Assembly (NCBI RefSeq): GCF_900111835.1
Contig: NZ_FOJP01000010.1
Span: 205,397-269,396 of the forward strand
DNA: 64,000 nt
From: Metapseudomonas otitidis
GTDB taxonomy: Bacteria > Pseudomonadota > Gammaproteobacteria > Pseudomonadales > Pseudomonadaceae
Direction of reading: 5' to 3'
Positions 48,824-58,466 of the stretch are shown here, piece by piece; the stretch's first letter is position 1, and each line of letters opens with the position of its first letter. Made by a program: the position numbers and the translations under genes. The notes below the pieces were generated by a model. The model was given only the letters and a program-made list of their open reading frames with translations, had not been told where the DNA came from and did not search any database.

Positions 48824-50248
48824 ATGACTCAACAGCACGACGCGCGCCCGATGATCGAGGTGCGCTCCATCGACTACGTGCCCCGCCACGAACGCCACGG
48901 CAAGGTGTGGCACCAGGGGCCGTTCTGGTTCACCGGCAACTTCGTGCTCACCACCCTGGTCACCGGCTTCACCGGGCCGGCCCTGGGGCTGGGGGTGCTG
49001 GGTTCGATCCTGGCGATCCTCATCGGCGTGTGCATCGGCACCTTCTTCATGGCCTTCCACGCCAACCAGGGCCCGCGCATGGGCCTGCCGCAGATGATCC
49101 AGTCGCGCCCGCAGTTCGGCGTGCGCGGCGCGGTGGTGCCGTTCCTCGCCGTGGTGTTCGTGTACATCGGCTTCAACGTGTTCAACGTCATCCTCGCCAC
49201 CGACGCCATCAACACCGTGCTGCCCGGCGCGCGCACCCCCTGGTACGTGCTGCTGGTGGGGCTGGCGGTGCTGCTGGCCATCGTCGGCCATGACCTGCTG
49301 CACGCCGTGCAGCGCTGGCTGACCTGGCTGATGATCGCGGTGTTCGGCGCCCTGACCCTGTTCGCCGTGACCCAGCTCAGCGCCGATGCCGCGTTGCAGG
49401 GCAGCGGCTTCAGCTGGAGCGCCTTCCTCGTGCAGCTCTCGGCGGCCGCCGGCTACCAGATCAGCTACTCGGTGTACGTCTCCGACTACTCGCGCTACCT
49501 GCCGGAGGAAACCCCCGCCGGCAAGGTCATCTTCTGGACCTACCTGGGGGCCGGCGCCTCGGCGCTGTGGCTGATGTCCCTCGGTGCCTTCCTCGCCTCG
49601 GCCCTGCCGGCGCCGGACGCCATCGGCAGCGTGCGCGAGCTGGGTAACCAGCTGTACGACGGCTTCGGCACCCTCATCGTGCTGGTGGCGGTGCCCTCGC
49701 TGGTGGGCATCATGGCGGTCAACTGCTACGGCGCCATGCTCACCGGGCTCAGCGCGCTGGACGCCTTCTCCCGCGTGCGCCCGACCCTGGGCGTGCGGGT
49801 GGCCGGCATCAGTGTGGTGGCGCTGGTGATCCTGCTGGTGGCACGGATGATCCCGGAGAGCTACCTGGGCAGCTTCAACACCTTCGTGCTGCTGATGCTC
49901 TACTTCCTCGTGCCGTGGACGGCGGTGAACCTGGTGGACTTCTACCTGGTGCGCAAGGGCCGCTACGCCATCGCCGAGATCTTCAACCCCGAGGGCGTCT
50001 ACCGCGGCTGGTCGCGCCCCGGCCTGGTGGCCTACGGCCTGGGCCTGCTGGCCATGGTGCCGTTCATGTCCCTGAGCTTCTGGAGCGGCCCCTTCGCCAC
50101 CGCCCTGGGCGGTGCCGACATCGCCTTCGCCATCGGCCTGCCGGTGGCCGGCCTGGCCTACTGGCTGCAATGCCGCCACCAGGACCGCAGCGAGGAAGAA
50201 CGCCTCGCCGCCCTCGACCCGCAACGTCTGGAGGACCCGCGCCCATGA
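48824..50248 (+). CDS. NCS1 family permease (cytosine/purine/allantoin/hydantoin type)
   Basis: 474 aa, 12 TM, NCS1 signature near the N-terminus (FWFTGNFVLTT, QMIQSRPQFGVRG). Confidence 0.85.
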   Translation: MTQQHDARPMIEVRSIDYVPRHERHGKVWHQGPFWFTGNFVLTTLVTGFTGPALGLGVLGSILAILIGVCIGTFFMAFHANQGPRMGLPQMIQSRPQFGVRGAVVPFLAVVFVYIGFNVFNVILATDAINTVLPGARTPWYVLLVGLAVLLAIVGHDLLHAVQRWLTWLMIAVFGALTLFAVTQLSADAALQGSGFSWSAFLVQLSAAAGYQISYSVYVSDYSRYLPEETPAGKVIFWTYLGAGASALWLMSLGAFLASALPAPDAIGSVRELGNQLYDGFGTLIVLVAVPSLVGIMAVNCYGAMLTGLSALDAFSRVRPTLGVRVAGISVVALVILLVARMIPESYLGSFNTFVLLMLYFLVPWTAVNLVDFYLVRKGRYAIAEIFNPEGVYRGWSRPGLVAYGLGLLAMVPFMSLSFWSGPFATALGGADIAFAIGLPVAGLAYWLQCRHQDRSEEERLAALDPQRLEDPRP

Positions 50249-51081
50249 ACACCCGCCCCGTCGCCCCGGTGAAGGTGGCCTGCTGCCAGGTGGCGCCGCG
50301 CATCGGCGAACTGGCCCACAACCGCGCCCTGGCCGAGGGCGCCATCCGCCGTGCGGCCCTGGAGGGCGCGCACATCATCGTCCTGCCGGAGCTGGTGCAG
50401 AGCGGCTACCTGTTCCGCGACAAGGCCGAGGCCCTGGCGCTTTCCGAGCCCCTGGACGGCCCGGCGGTCAGCCACTGGCAGGCCCTGGCGCGGGAGCTGG
50501 GGGTGGTGATCGCCGCCGGCTTCTGCGAACGCCGCGACGACGGCGAGCTGGCCAACAGCGCCGTGCTGGTGGACCCGGACGGCCTGCGCGCGCATTACCG
50601 CAAGGCCCACCTGTGGGATGCCGAGAAGGCCCTGTTCATCCCCGGCGACGCAGCGCCGCCGATGGTGGACACCGTCCACGGCCGCCTGGGGCTGATGATC
50701 TGCTACGACCTGGAGTTCCCCGAATGGGTGCGCCTGCCGGCCCTGGCCGGCGCCCAGCTGCTCTGTGCCCCGGTGAACTGGCCCCTGGGCCCGCGTCCCC
50801 AGGGCGAACGCCCGGCGGAAGTGGTGCGGGTGCAGGCCAACGCGGCGGTGAACCGCATGTTCATCGCCGCCTGCGACCGCCATGGCCACGAGCGCGGGCA
50901 GGACTGGGTGCAGGGCTCGGTGATCGTCGATGCCGACGGCTTCCCCCTGGCCGGCCCGGTGGAGGGCGGCGAGCGCCTGCTGCTGGCGACCCTCGACCTG
51001 GCCCAGGCCGACGACAAGCGCATCAGCGCCCGCAACGACGTCCACGGCGACCGCCGCCCCGCGCTCTACCAGGCCCCCTGA
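50245..51081 (+). CDS. carbon-nitrogen hydrolase (nitrilase/amidase) family protein
   Basis: E-K-C triad context (VLPE, RKAHLWD, LMICYDLEFPE); 4-bp overlap with the permease. Confidence 0.85.
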   Translation: MNTRPVAPVKVACCQVAPRIGELAHNRALAEGAIRRAALEGAHIIVLPELVQSGYLFRDKAEALALSEPLDGPAVSHWQALARELGVVIAAGFCERRDDGELANSAVLVDPDGLRAHYRKAHLWDAEKALFIPGDAAPPMVDTVHGRLGLMICYDLEFPEWVRLPALAGAQLLCAPVNWPLGPRPQGERPAEVVRVQANAAVNRMFIAACDRHGHERGQDWVQGSVIVDADGFPLAGPVEGGERLLLATLDLAQADDKRISARNDVHGDRRPALYQAP

Positions 51082-51342
51082 GGGGCCTGCCTCCCTTTCT
51101 GCGTAAAACGTGAAACAGGCATGCCAGAGCCTGTGAAGCAGTCGTCACTGTGACGGAGCGCATACCCTTCGGTGAGCGATGGGTTCAGACTACGCGCCCC
51201 CGTTTCACAACGGCGACAAGGGTGCCGAGGGTGGCTTCGCTGCGCGACGCCAGGCATCCGGTCCGTCATCACAAACACAATAAAGGGGCGACCGGTCACA
51301 GCGCCGTGCCCCGCGAACCAACAGCAAAAGAGGGAGTTTTCC

Positions 51343-52374
51343 ATGGTTGTTGCGGTAAGACGCGCCCTGGGCCTGGCGCTGGCAGTCACCTGCCTGCCGG
51401 CCTCGGCGGATTTCGTCACGGTCATCACCTTCGGCGGTGCCAACAAGGACGTGCAGAAGGAAGCCTTCTTCAAGCCGTTCAAGGCCAGCACCGGCGACGC
51501 CGTGGTCCACGGCTCGTACAACGGTGATCTCGACAAGCTCAAGCACATGATCGACATCAGCCACGTCACCTGGGACGTGGTGGAGATGGAAGCTCCCGAA
51601 CTGGCACGCGGCTGTGAAGAAGGCCTGTTCGAGAAGATCGACCCGGCCCTGGTGGGCAACCCCAGCGACTTCGTCGCCGGTGCCCTGCAACCCTGTGGCG
51701 TGGGCATCTTCGTCTGGTCCACCGTGCTCGCCTACGACTCCGCTCGCATCAAGGACGCCCCGCGCGGCTGGGCCGACTTCTGGGACCTGCGCAAGTACCC
51801 CGGCAAGCGCGGCCTGCGCCACGGCGCCAAGTACAACCTGGAATTCGCCCTGATGGCCGACGGCGTCGCGCCGAACGAGGTCTACCAGGTGCTCGACACC
51901 CCCGCCGGTGTCGACCGCGCCTTCCGCAAGCTCGACGAGATCAAGTCCAGCGTCGTCTGGTGGAAGGCCGGCGCCGAGCCGGTGCGCGCCCTGCAGGACG
52001 GCAAGGTGGCCATGAGCTCCGCCTACAACGGCCGCATCGCCACCGCCCAGAAGGAGACCCGCAGCCTGGCCATGGCCTGGAGCGGCAACATCTACGACTT
52101 CGACTACTGGGCCCTGCCCAAGGGCTCGTGGAAAGGCGAGCTGGCGAAGAAGTTCGTCCACTTCGTCAGCCAGCCGGAGCCGCAGAAGGCCTTCGCCGAA
52201 GGCATCTCCTACAGCCCGGTGAACAACAAGGCGATCGCCATGATCAACCCGGCCATCGCCGCCACCCTGCCCACCGCCCCGCAGAACATCCGCGAAGCCC
52301 TGCCGATGAACGTCACGTTCTGGGCGGCCCATGCCGACCTCGAAGCGCGTTTCGAGAACTGGGTGAAGAACTGA
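51343..52374 (+). CDS. ABC-transporter periplasmic substrate-binding protein (family 1, PotD/PotF-like) without adjacent permease or ATPase
   Basis: Signal peptide, SBP_bac_1-like sequence; RBS agggag. Confidence 0.65.
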   Translation: MVVAVRRALGLALAVTCLPASADFVTVITFGGANKDVQKEAFFKPFKASTGDAVVHGSYNGDLDKLKHMIDISHVTWDVVEMEAPELARGCEEGLFEKIDPALVGNPSDFVAGALQPCGVGIFVWSTVLAYDSARIKDAPRGWADFWDLRKYPGKRGLRHGAKYNLEFALMADGVAPNEVYQVLDTPAGVDRAFRKLDEIKSSVVWWKAGAEPVRALQDGKVAMSSAYNGRIATAQKETRSLAMAWSGNIYDFDYWALPKGSWKGELAKKFVHFVSQPEPQKAFAEGISYSPVNNKAIAMINPAIAATLPTAPQNIREALPMNVTFWAAHADLEARFENWVKN

Positions 52375-52522
52375 CCCCGCCCCACCATGAAGCGGCCGTC
52401 CAGGCCGCTTCGTTTTTCCGGCAGCGCCTTCCGCTACGGTCGACGTCCGGCCCGCGCCTCTGGCACGCTGCGCCAGCCCCGGCACAGCGTAGCCGGGCAG
52501 CCGCCTGACAGGGAGCGAAGCG

Positions 52523-53629
52523 ATGGCAGTGGATATCGAATGCGTGGTGGTGGGGGCCGGCGTGGTCGGCCTGGCCGTGGCCCGCGCACTGGCCCAGGCA
52601 GGGCGCGAAGTGGTGATCGTCGAAGCGGCCGACGCCATCGGCACCGGCATCAGCTCGCGCAATTCCGAAGTGATCCACGCCGGCATCTACTACCCGCCGG
52701 GCAGCCTCAAGGCGCGCCTGTGCGTCGACGGTCGCCATCGGCTCCTGGCCTTCTGCCGCAGCCACGGCGTGGCCGTGCAACAGCTCGGCAAGCTGATCGT
52801 CGCCACCGATGACGCCCAGGTGGCGCCGCTCCAGGCCCTGCTGGCGCGGGGGCTGGCCAACGGCGTGGATGACCTGCGCCTGCTGAGCCGCGACCAGGCC
52901 CTGGCGCTGGAACCCGACCTGCACTGCGTGGCCGCGCTGCATTCGCCGTCCACCGGCATCGTCGACTCCCACGGCCTGATGCTGGCGCTGCTCGGCGACG
53001 CCGAGGCCGCCGGCGCCGCCCTGGCCTTGGGTTCGCCGTTGCTGTCGGCGCAGGTGCAGGGCGACGGCTTCCAGCTGACGGTGGGCGGCGCCAGCCCGAC
53101 CACCCTCGGTTGCCGCCTGCTGGTCAACGCCGCTGGCCTCGGCGCCCCAGGCCTGGCTGGCCGCATCGACGGGCTGCCGGCCGCCCATGTCCCGCGCGGC
53201 TACCTGTGCAAGGGCCACTACTTCAGCCTCGCCGGACCGGCACCGTTCAGCCGCCTGGTCTACCCCGCACCGGAAGCCGCCGGCCTGGGCGTGCACATGA
53301 CCCTCGACCTGGGCGGCCAGGCCCGCTTCGGCCCCGACGTGCAGTGGACGGACACCGAGGACTACCAGGTCGACCCACGCCGCTCCGACGGCTTCTACGC
53401 CGCCATCCGCCGCTACTGGCCGGGCCTGCCCGACGGCGCGCTGCAGCCGGACTACGCCGGCATCCGCCCGAAGATCAGCAGCCCCGACGAGCCCGCAGCG
53501 GACTTCCGCATCAGCGGCCCCGAGGACCACTGCATCCCCGGCTTGGTGAACCTGTTCGGCATCGAATCCCCCGGCCTCACCTCCAGCCTGGCCATCGCCG
53601 ACGGGGTGCGGCAGGCGCTGGAGCGTTAG
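52523..53629 (+). CDS. FAD-dependent oxidoreductase (DAO family; L-2-hydroxyglutarate oxidase-like)
   Basis: Rossmann [28 protein letters not shown]-terminus; DAO-family length. Confidence 0.8.
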   Translation: MAVDIECVVVGAGVVGLAVARALAQAGREVVIVEAADAIGTGISSRNSEVIHAGIYYPPGSLKARLCVDGRHRLLAFCRSHGVAVQQLGKLIVATDDAQVAPLQALLARGLANGVDDLRLLSRDQALALEPDLHCVAALHSPSTGIVDSHGLMLALLGDAEAAGAALALGSPLLSAQVQGDGFQLTVGGASPTTLGCRLLVNAAGLGAPGLAGRIDGLPAAHVPRGYLCKGHYFSLAGPAPFSRLVYPAPEAAGLGVHMTLDLGGQARFGPDVQWTDTEDYQVDPRRSDGFYAAIRRYWPGLPDGALQPDYAGIRPKISSPDEPAADFRISGPEDHCIPGLVNLFGIESPGLTSSLAIADGVRQALER

Positions 53630-53640
53630 GGGCGAGGTGT

Positions 53641-53718
53641 TGCCTGTAGCCTGTAGCCCGGACTTCAGTCCGGGAGTGCCCCGCGACATTTCCCTGGGCT
53701 GAAGCCCAGGCTACGGGG
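53641..53718. repeat. Single copy of an 80-bp composite palindromic repeat (REP-like double hairpin)
   Basis: ctgtagcccggacttcagtccggg...cctgggctgaagcccaggctacgg; the same unit recurs three times at 54256-54481. Confidence 0.7.
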
Positions 53719-53778
53719 GCTTAGGCGTTGTCTGGCGGGTTGTTGCGGTAAACATCGGATTTCTGTTCAGGAGGGAGC

Positions 53779-54261
53779 ATGGCCATCTGGCAATTCGATT
53801 TCAGCCTTGTGCCCAAGGCGGCTGTGGTGGCGCTTCACGGGTGTGTGCCGGACAATCTGGACGGCTACGCGGCCTTCGATCTGGAGGAGGAGTTCGATCT
53901 GGACTCGGACTACCCCAACTACTGGGAAGGGGGTGTCAGTCATCAGGTCGTGCAGGCTGTGCGGGAGCGATTGCCGCTTCGCCGCTCCTGGAGCGAGGAG
54001 GCTGAAATGTACGGAGACGAGCGCGGCACCAGCGTCGAAATCTGGAGCGATGACGTGAATTGTCGCGTTGATGCGCGATCCAGTCCGCTACCTGATCTGG
54101 AGTTTTTTGCACAACTTGCCTGTGATGCTGAGTGCCTGATCGTCCTCAAGGGAACCGGTTCGCCGCTTGAGCCTTCGCTGCTCTCATTGCTATGTGCCTT
54201 CAAGGCATCGCGGGCGTATCGCTTCTGCAAGGACCCCATCGGCACCCTTCATGAGCTGTAG
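53779..54261 (+). CDS. hypothetical acidic 160-aa protein (orphan); stop codon lies inside the repeat unit
   Basis: ORF with RBS ggaggga; no family recognised; bracketed by the repeat copies. Confidence 0.5.
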   Translation: MAIWQFDFSLVPKAAVVALHGCVPDNLDGYAAFDLEEEFDLDSDYPNYWEGGVSHQVVQAVRERLPLRRSWSEEAEMYGDERGTSVEIWSDDVNCRVDARSSPLPDLEFFAQLACDAECLIVLKGTGSPLEPSLLSLLCAFKASRAYRFCKDPIGTLHEL

Positions 54262-54481
54262 CCCGGACTTCAGTCCGGGGATGCCCCGCACCTTTTCCCT
54301 GGGCTGAAGCCCAGGCTACGGGTGCCAGGGGGTTGCCTGTAGCCCGGACTTCAGTCCGGGAGTGCCCCGCGCCATTTTCCTGGGCTGAAGCCCAGGCTAC
54401 GGGTGCCAGGGTGTTGCCTGTAGCCCGGACTTCAGTCCGGGATGCCCCGCACCATTTCCCTGGGTGGAAGCCCAGGCTACG
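54256..54481. repeat. Three directly abutting tandem copies (80-bp period) of the composite palindromic repeat
   Basis: ctgtagcc anchors at 54256, 54336 and 54416; each unit has two hairpins (cccgga-cttcag-tccggg and cctggg-ctgaag-cccagg) with complementary loops; no spacers. Confidence 0.8.
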
Positions 54482-54510
54482 AGCACAGCTGCTTTCGCGA
54501 GGAGAAATGA

Positions 54511-54907
54511 GATGTCCATCCTGATGTGCCTGGAGGTCGAAGAAGGCGTTCCGCTTGCGGTCGTGGAGGCCATTCTTCGTGCGAGTGGGGAGCGGTGGGA
54601 GGAGGGGCCGGATCGACTGGAGGGCGTGTTCGAACGCTCGTGGGCGGTATTCGCGTTCCGTCGGGAGGAGCCTGCTCGGGACGTGGGACTCGACCACCAC
54701 GGCGTGGATTGGAGGGTCGGTTTAAGCGGCGTTTTTCATTGCGCCAACAATCGCTTGGCGGAGAGCTGGGGCGACATCCATCACCTTATCGTCCAGCTTG
54801 CGGCTGCAACCTCTGCGCGCTTCCTGCTGTCATTTCAATACGAGTCCCTTTATGCCTACCGCGATCACGAAGGGCTCACGCTGGTACAGGCCATGGTGCT
54901 GGACTGA
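54511..54907 (+). CDS. hypothetical 132-aa protein (orphan)
   Basis: ORF directly after the repeat array; no family recognised. Confidence 0.45.
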
Positions 54908-55110
54908 GGTCGCACTGCATTCGGGCTGCCCTCGGTCGTCTTGCATTTTGCAAGGCGATCAACGTGCCATCGTGCAGGCTGCATATATCAAACTGCCTTC
55001 ATTTCTAATAAATTCCTTTTAAATCAATTAGATAGATTTATCGTTCGGCTGGCATGCGCCCTGCAAATGCCTGGGTCCAAGAGCCCAATCCACTGACAGG
55101 GAGCCGAACA

Positions 55111-55470
55111 ATGCAGATCGCCATCAAGGAATTCTTCGACGCTTTTCCCGGTTACGAAGTGTCCATCCGCCCGCGTCCGGACGGCATGTTGCTGCTGACC
55201 CTGGGCAAGGACGGCGAGGAGCCGTTGCGCAAGGCCATCCCGAGCGATGCGGTGTTCTGCATCGAGCGGGTGCGTGGGGTGATCCGCGAGATGCAGCGGG
55301 AAATGAAGCTGGCCTCCGGCGAAGTGACCTGGAAGGGCGAAGGCGACACCTGGCTCGACCGCGAGCTGCCCACCTTCAGCGGTGGCCCGATCCACATGAC
55401 CGCCGCCAAGACCCTGGTCGAGCGCCGCCGCCTGGAACTGCTCAACGCCCGTCGCGCCGTGGCCAACTGA
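55111..55470 (+). CDS. hypothetical 119-aa protein (orphan) preceded by an AT-rich tract
   Basis: The start is an internal Met of ORF 55054..55470; the AT-rich region 54990-55050 is atypical for this genome. Confidence 0.4.
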   Translation: MQIAIKEFFDAFPGYEVSIRPRPDGMLLLTLGKDGEEPLRKAIPSDAVFCIERVRGVIREMQREMKLASGEVTWKGEGDTWLDRELPTFSGGPIHMTAAKTLVERRRLELLNARRAVAN

Positions 55471-55694
55471 GGCCCGGCGCAGCGGATCGGCGATGTCGTC
55501 GGTCCGCTGACGGGGAATTTTTCGCGATTTCCGTACTCCACCATTCCGAACCCCGTCGGAAGAATCGTTATGCCAGCAACGACTGCTGGTAGAGGTTCTG
55601 ATAGTTTGTGCCCTCGTTCACGTCAGATCCGGCCTATTACCCGGTAAGTCGTGTGGGTTTTCCCCGCCGCGAGGACACGAAAGGAGATCGCGTT

Positions 55695-57962
55695 GTGACA
55701 CCCATCGACAGCACCGAGGACCTGGCGGCTGCGACCGAAGCCTGTGCCGAAGAGCCCATCCACATCCCGGGCAGCATCCAGCCCCACGGTTTCATGCTGG
55801 TCTTCGACGAAGGCCGTGGCTGCGTGGTGCAGGCCAGCGAGAACGTCCAGGACTGGCTCGGCCTGCCCGCCAGCGAACTGATCGGGCTCCCGTTCGAGCG
55901 CCTCTTCGAACACGCCGCTGTGCTCCAGGGCCGCCTGCAGGGGCTGGCCCTGGAAGACCCCAATCCCTTCCACCTGGGGGACGTGCGCTTTGCCATCGGC
56001 CAGGAGCGTTCGCTCCCGGTGGCGATGATGGTGCACCGCCACGACCAGGTGCTGATCGCCGAGTTCGAGCCGGCCAGCGACGCCATCGCCGCCTACGGCA
56101 ACTTCTACCCGCTGGTGCGCAGCTTCGTCGCCCGCCTGCAGGACGCCGACAGCGTCGACGAGCTGTGCCGCCACGCGGTGCAGGAGATGAAGTGCATCAC
56201 CGGCTTCGGCCGGGTCAAGGCCTACCGCTTCGACGCCGAGGGCAACGGCCTGGTGCTGGCCGAAGAGGCCGACGAGGGCTACCCGCGCTACCTCGGCCTG
56301 TGCTTTCCCGCTTCCGACATCCCTCCCCAGGCCCGCGCGCTGTACCGCGCCAACCGCATCCGCGTGATCGAGGACGCCCACTACACGCCCTCGCCGCTGT
56401 ACCCGGCGCAGAACCCGCTCACCGGGTGCCCGCTTGACCTCAGCTTCGCCGCCCTGCGCAGCGTCTCGCCGGTGCACCTGCAGTACATGCGCAACATGGG
56501 CACCCTGGCTTCCATGTCCGTCTCCATCGTGGTGCGTGGCGAGCTGTGGGGGCTGATCTCCTGCCACGACCTGCACCCCCGGGGCGTGGGCTTCCAGACC
56601 CGTACCGCCTGCGAAATGCTCGGCAGCGTGCTCTCGCTGCAGATCGAGAGCCGCGAGGCCCACGACCGCACCGAGCACCTGCTGAGCCTGCGCCAGCACA
56701 TCGTCCAGATGCTCTCGGCCATGGCCGACCGCGACAGCATCAGCGGCGGCCTGCTGGCCCAGCCGGAGACCTTCCTCGGCTTCGCAAAGGCCAGCGGCGC
56801 AGCGATCATTTCCGCCGCCCGCTGCGACCTGGTGGGCGAGACCCCGCCCCAGGCCCAGGTGACGGCGCTGGTGCACTGGCTGGCCCGGCGCCCCGGCATC
56901 AACGTGTTCCACAGCGACAACGTCGGCCGCGACATCGACGAACTGCCCGAACTCGCCCGGCATGCCGCGGGTGTACTGGCCGTGGCCATCTCGCAGATCC
57001 ATTCCCACTACCTGGTGTGGTTCAAGCCCGAGCAGGCGCGCACCGTCGAATGGGCCGGGCGCCCGGAAAAAAGCGTCGACCCCAGCGGTGGCCTCAGCCC
57101 GCGGCACAGCTTCGAACGCTGGCAGCAGACCGTACGCGGCTACTCGAGTCCCTGGGACCCGCTGGAGATCGAGGGCGTCTGGGAGCTGCGCACCGCCGTG
57201 CTCGGCATCGTTCTGCGCAAGGCCGAGGAGATGGCAGTGCTGGCCAGCGAGCTGAAGAAATCCAACAAGGAACTGGAAGCCTTCTCCTACAGCGTGTCCC
57301 ATGACCTGCGCGCACCGTTGCGGCACATCGCGGGTTACGCCGAGCTGCTGGGGGAATTCGAAGGCAGTCGCCTGTCCGAACGGGGGCTGCGCTTCCTTGA
57401 CCATATCGGCGAATCCGCCCGCTTCGCCGGCACCCTGGTGGACAACCTGCTGAGCTTCTCGCAGATGGGCCGCGCAGCCCTGCGCTTCTCCGACGTGGAC
57501 CTGCAGGCCCTGGTGGACGCCATCCTCAAGGAGATGGAGCCGGACCTGGTAGGCCGCAACATCCAATGGCGCATCGCCGGGCTGCCCACGCTCATCGCCG
57601 ATGCCGCCTTCCTCCACCTGGCCATGCGCAACCTGCTGGCCAACGCCGTGAAGTACAGCCGCGACCGCGACCCGGCGGTGATCGAGGTCAGCGCCCGCAC
57701 CGAGGGCGACGAAGTGGTGGTGACGGTGAGCGACAACGGCGTGGGCTTCGACATGGCGTACGCCGGCAAGCTGTTCGGCGTGTTCCAGCGCCTGCATCGC
57801 ATGGAGGAGTTCGAGGGCACCGGCATCGGCCTGGCCAGTGTGCGCCGCATCATCGAACGCCACGACGGCCGCGTATGGGCCGAGGGACGCGTGGGCGAGG
57901 GCGCCCGATTTCATTTCGCACTGCCCCTGAGGGCGCAGCACAGTCAACTACCCACTGAGTGA
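55695..57962 (+). CDS. bphP: bacteriophytochrome histidine kinase BphP (PAS-GAF-PHY-HK)
   Basis: N-terminal biliverdin-binding Cys context EACAEEPIHIPGSIQPHGF; GAF/PHY regions; HisKA (FSYSVSHDLRAPLRHI) and HATPase; GTG start 9 nt after aaggag. Confidence 0.9.
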   Translation: MTPIDSTEDLAAATEACAEEPIHIPGSIQPHGFMLVFDEGRGCVVQASENVQDWLGLPASELIGLPFERLFEHAAVLQGRLQGLALEDPNPFHLGDVRFAIGQERSLPVAMMVHRHDQVLIAEFEPASDAIAAYGNFYPLVRSFVARLQDADSVDELCRHAVQEMKCITGFGRVKAYRFDAEGNGLVLAEEADEGYPRYLGLCFPASDIPPQARALYRANRIRVIEDAHYTPSPLYPAQNPLTGCPLDLSFAALRSVSPVHLQYMRNMGTLASMSVSIVVRGELWGLISCHDLHPRGVGFQTRTACEMLGSVLSLQIESREAHDRTEHLLSLRQHIVQMLSAMADRDSISGGLLAQPETFLGFAKASGAAIISAARCDLVGETPPQAQVTALVHWLARRPGINVFHSDNVGRDIDELPELARHAAGVLAVAISQIHSHYLVWFKPEQARTVEWAGRPEKSVDPSGGLSPRHSFERWQQTVRGYSSPWDPLEIEGVWELRTAVLGIVLRKAEEMAVLASELKKSNKELEAFSYSVSHDLRAPLRHIAGYAELLGEFEGSRLSERGLRFLDHIGESARFAGTLVDNLLSFSQMGRAALRFSDVDLQALVDAILKEMEPDLVGRNIQWRIAGLPTLIADAAFLHLAMRNLLANAVKYSRDRDPAVIEVSARTEGDEVVVTVSDNGVGFDMAYAGKLFGVFQRLHRMEEFEGTGIGLASVRRIIERHDGRVWAEGRVGEGARFHFALPLRAQHSQLPTE

Positions 57963-57968
57963 TTACCC

Positions 57969-58430
57969 ATGCTCAAACCCATCCTGCTGGTCGAGGACAA
58001 CCCCCACGACCTGGAACTCACGCTGGTCGCTTTGGAGCGCAGCCAGCTGGCCAACGATGTCGTCGTCATGCGTGACGGCGCCGACGCCCTCGATTACCTG
58101 TTGCGTCGCAACCACTACGCCCAGCGTGACGACGGCAACCCCGCCGTGCTGCTGCTGGACCTGAAGCTGCCCAAGGTCGACGGCCTGGAAGTGCTCAAGG
58201 TGGTGCGCGAGACGCCCGAGCTGCGCAGCATCCCCACCGTGATGCTGACTTCCTCCCGCGAGGAGCCGGACCTGCAGCGCGCCTACGAGCTGGGCGTGAA
58301 CGCCTACGTGGTCAAGCCGGTCGAATTCAAGGAATTCGTCACCGCCATCTCCGACCTCGGCGTGTTCTGGGCCGTGCTCAACGAGCCGCCGCCGGGCTCG
58401 CTGCGACTGCAGCGCCGCCCCGGAAGCTGA
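57969..58430 (+). CDS. single-domain CheY-like response regulator (phytochrome partner)
   Basis: ILLVEDNPHD...LLLDLKLPKVDG...YVVKP receiver motifs; 6 bp after bphP. Confidence 0.85.
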   Translation: MLKPILLVEDNPHDLELTLVALERSQLANDVVVMRDGADALDYLLRRNHYAQRDDGNPAVLLLDLKLPKVDGLEVLKVVRETPELRSIPTVMLTSSREEPDLQRAYELGVNAYVVKPVEFKEFVTAISDLGVFWAVLNEPPPGSLRLQRRPGS

Positions 58431-58466
58431 TACGGCCCGCCGACCCACAGGAAGCCCCCACACTCC

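Noticed and set aside
54256-54481. Possible CRISPR array (regular repeats)
   Set aside because: The units abut directly with an 80-bp period and no unique spacers. The repeats are themselves double hairpins, and there are no cas genes in the window. It is a REP/BIME-like tandem instead.
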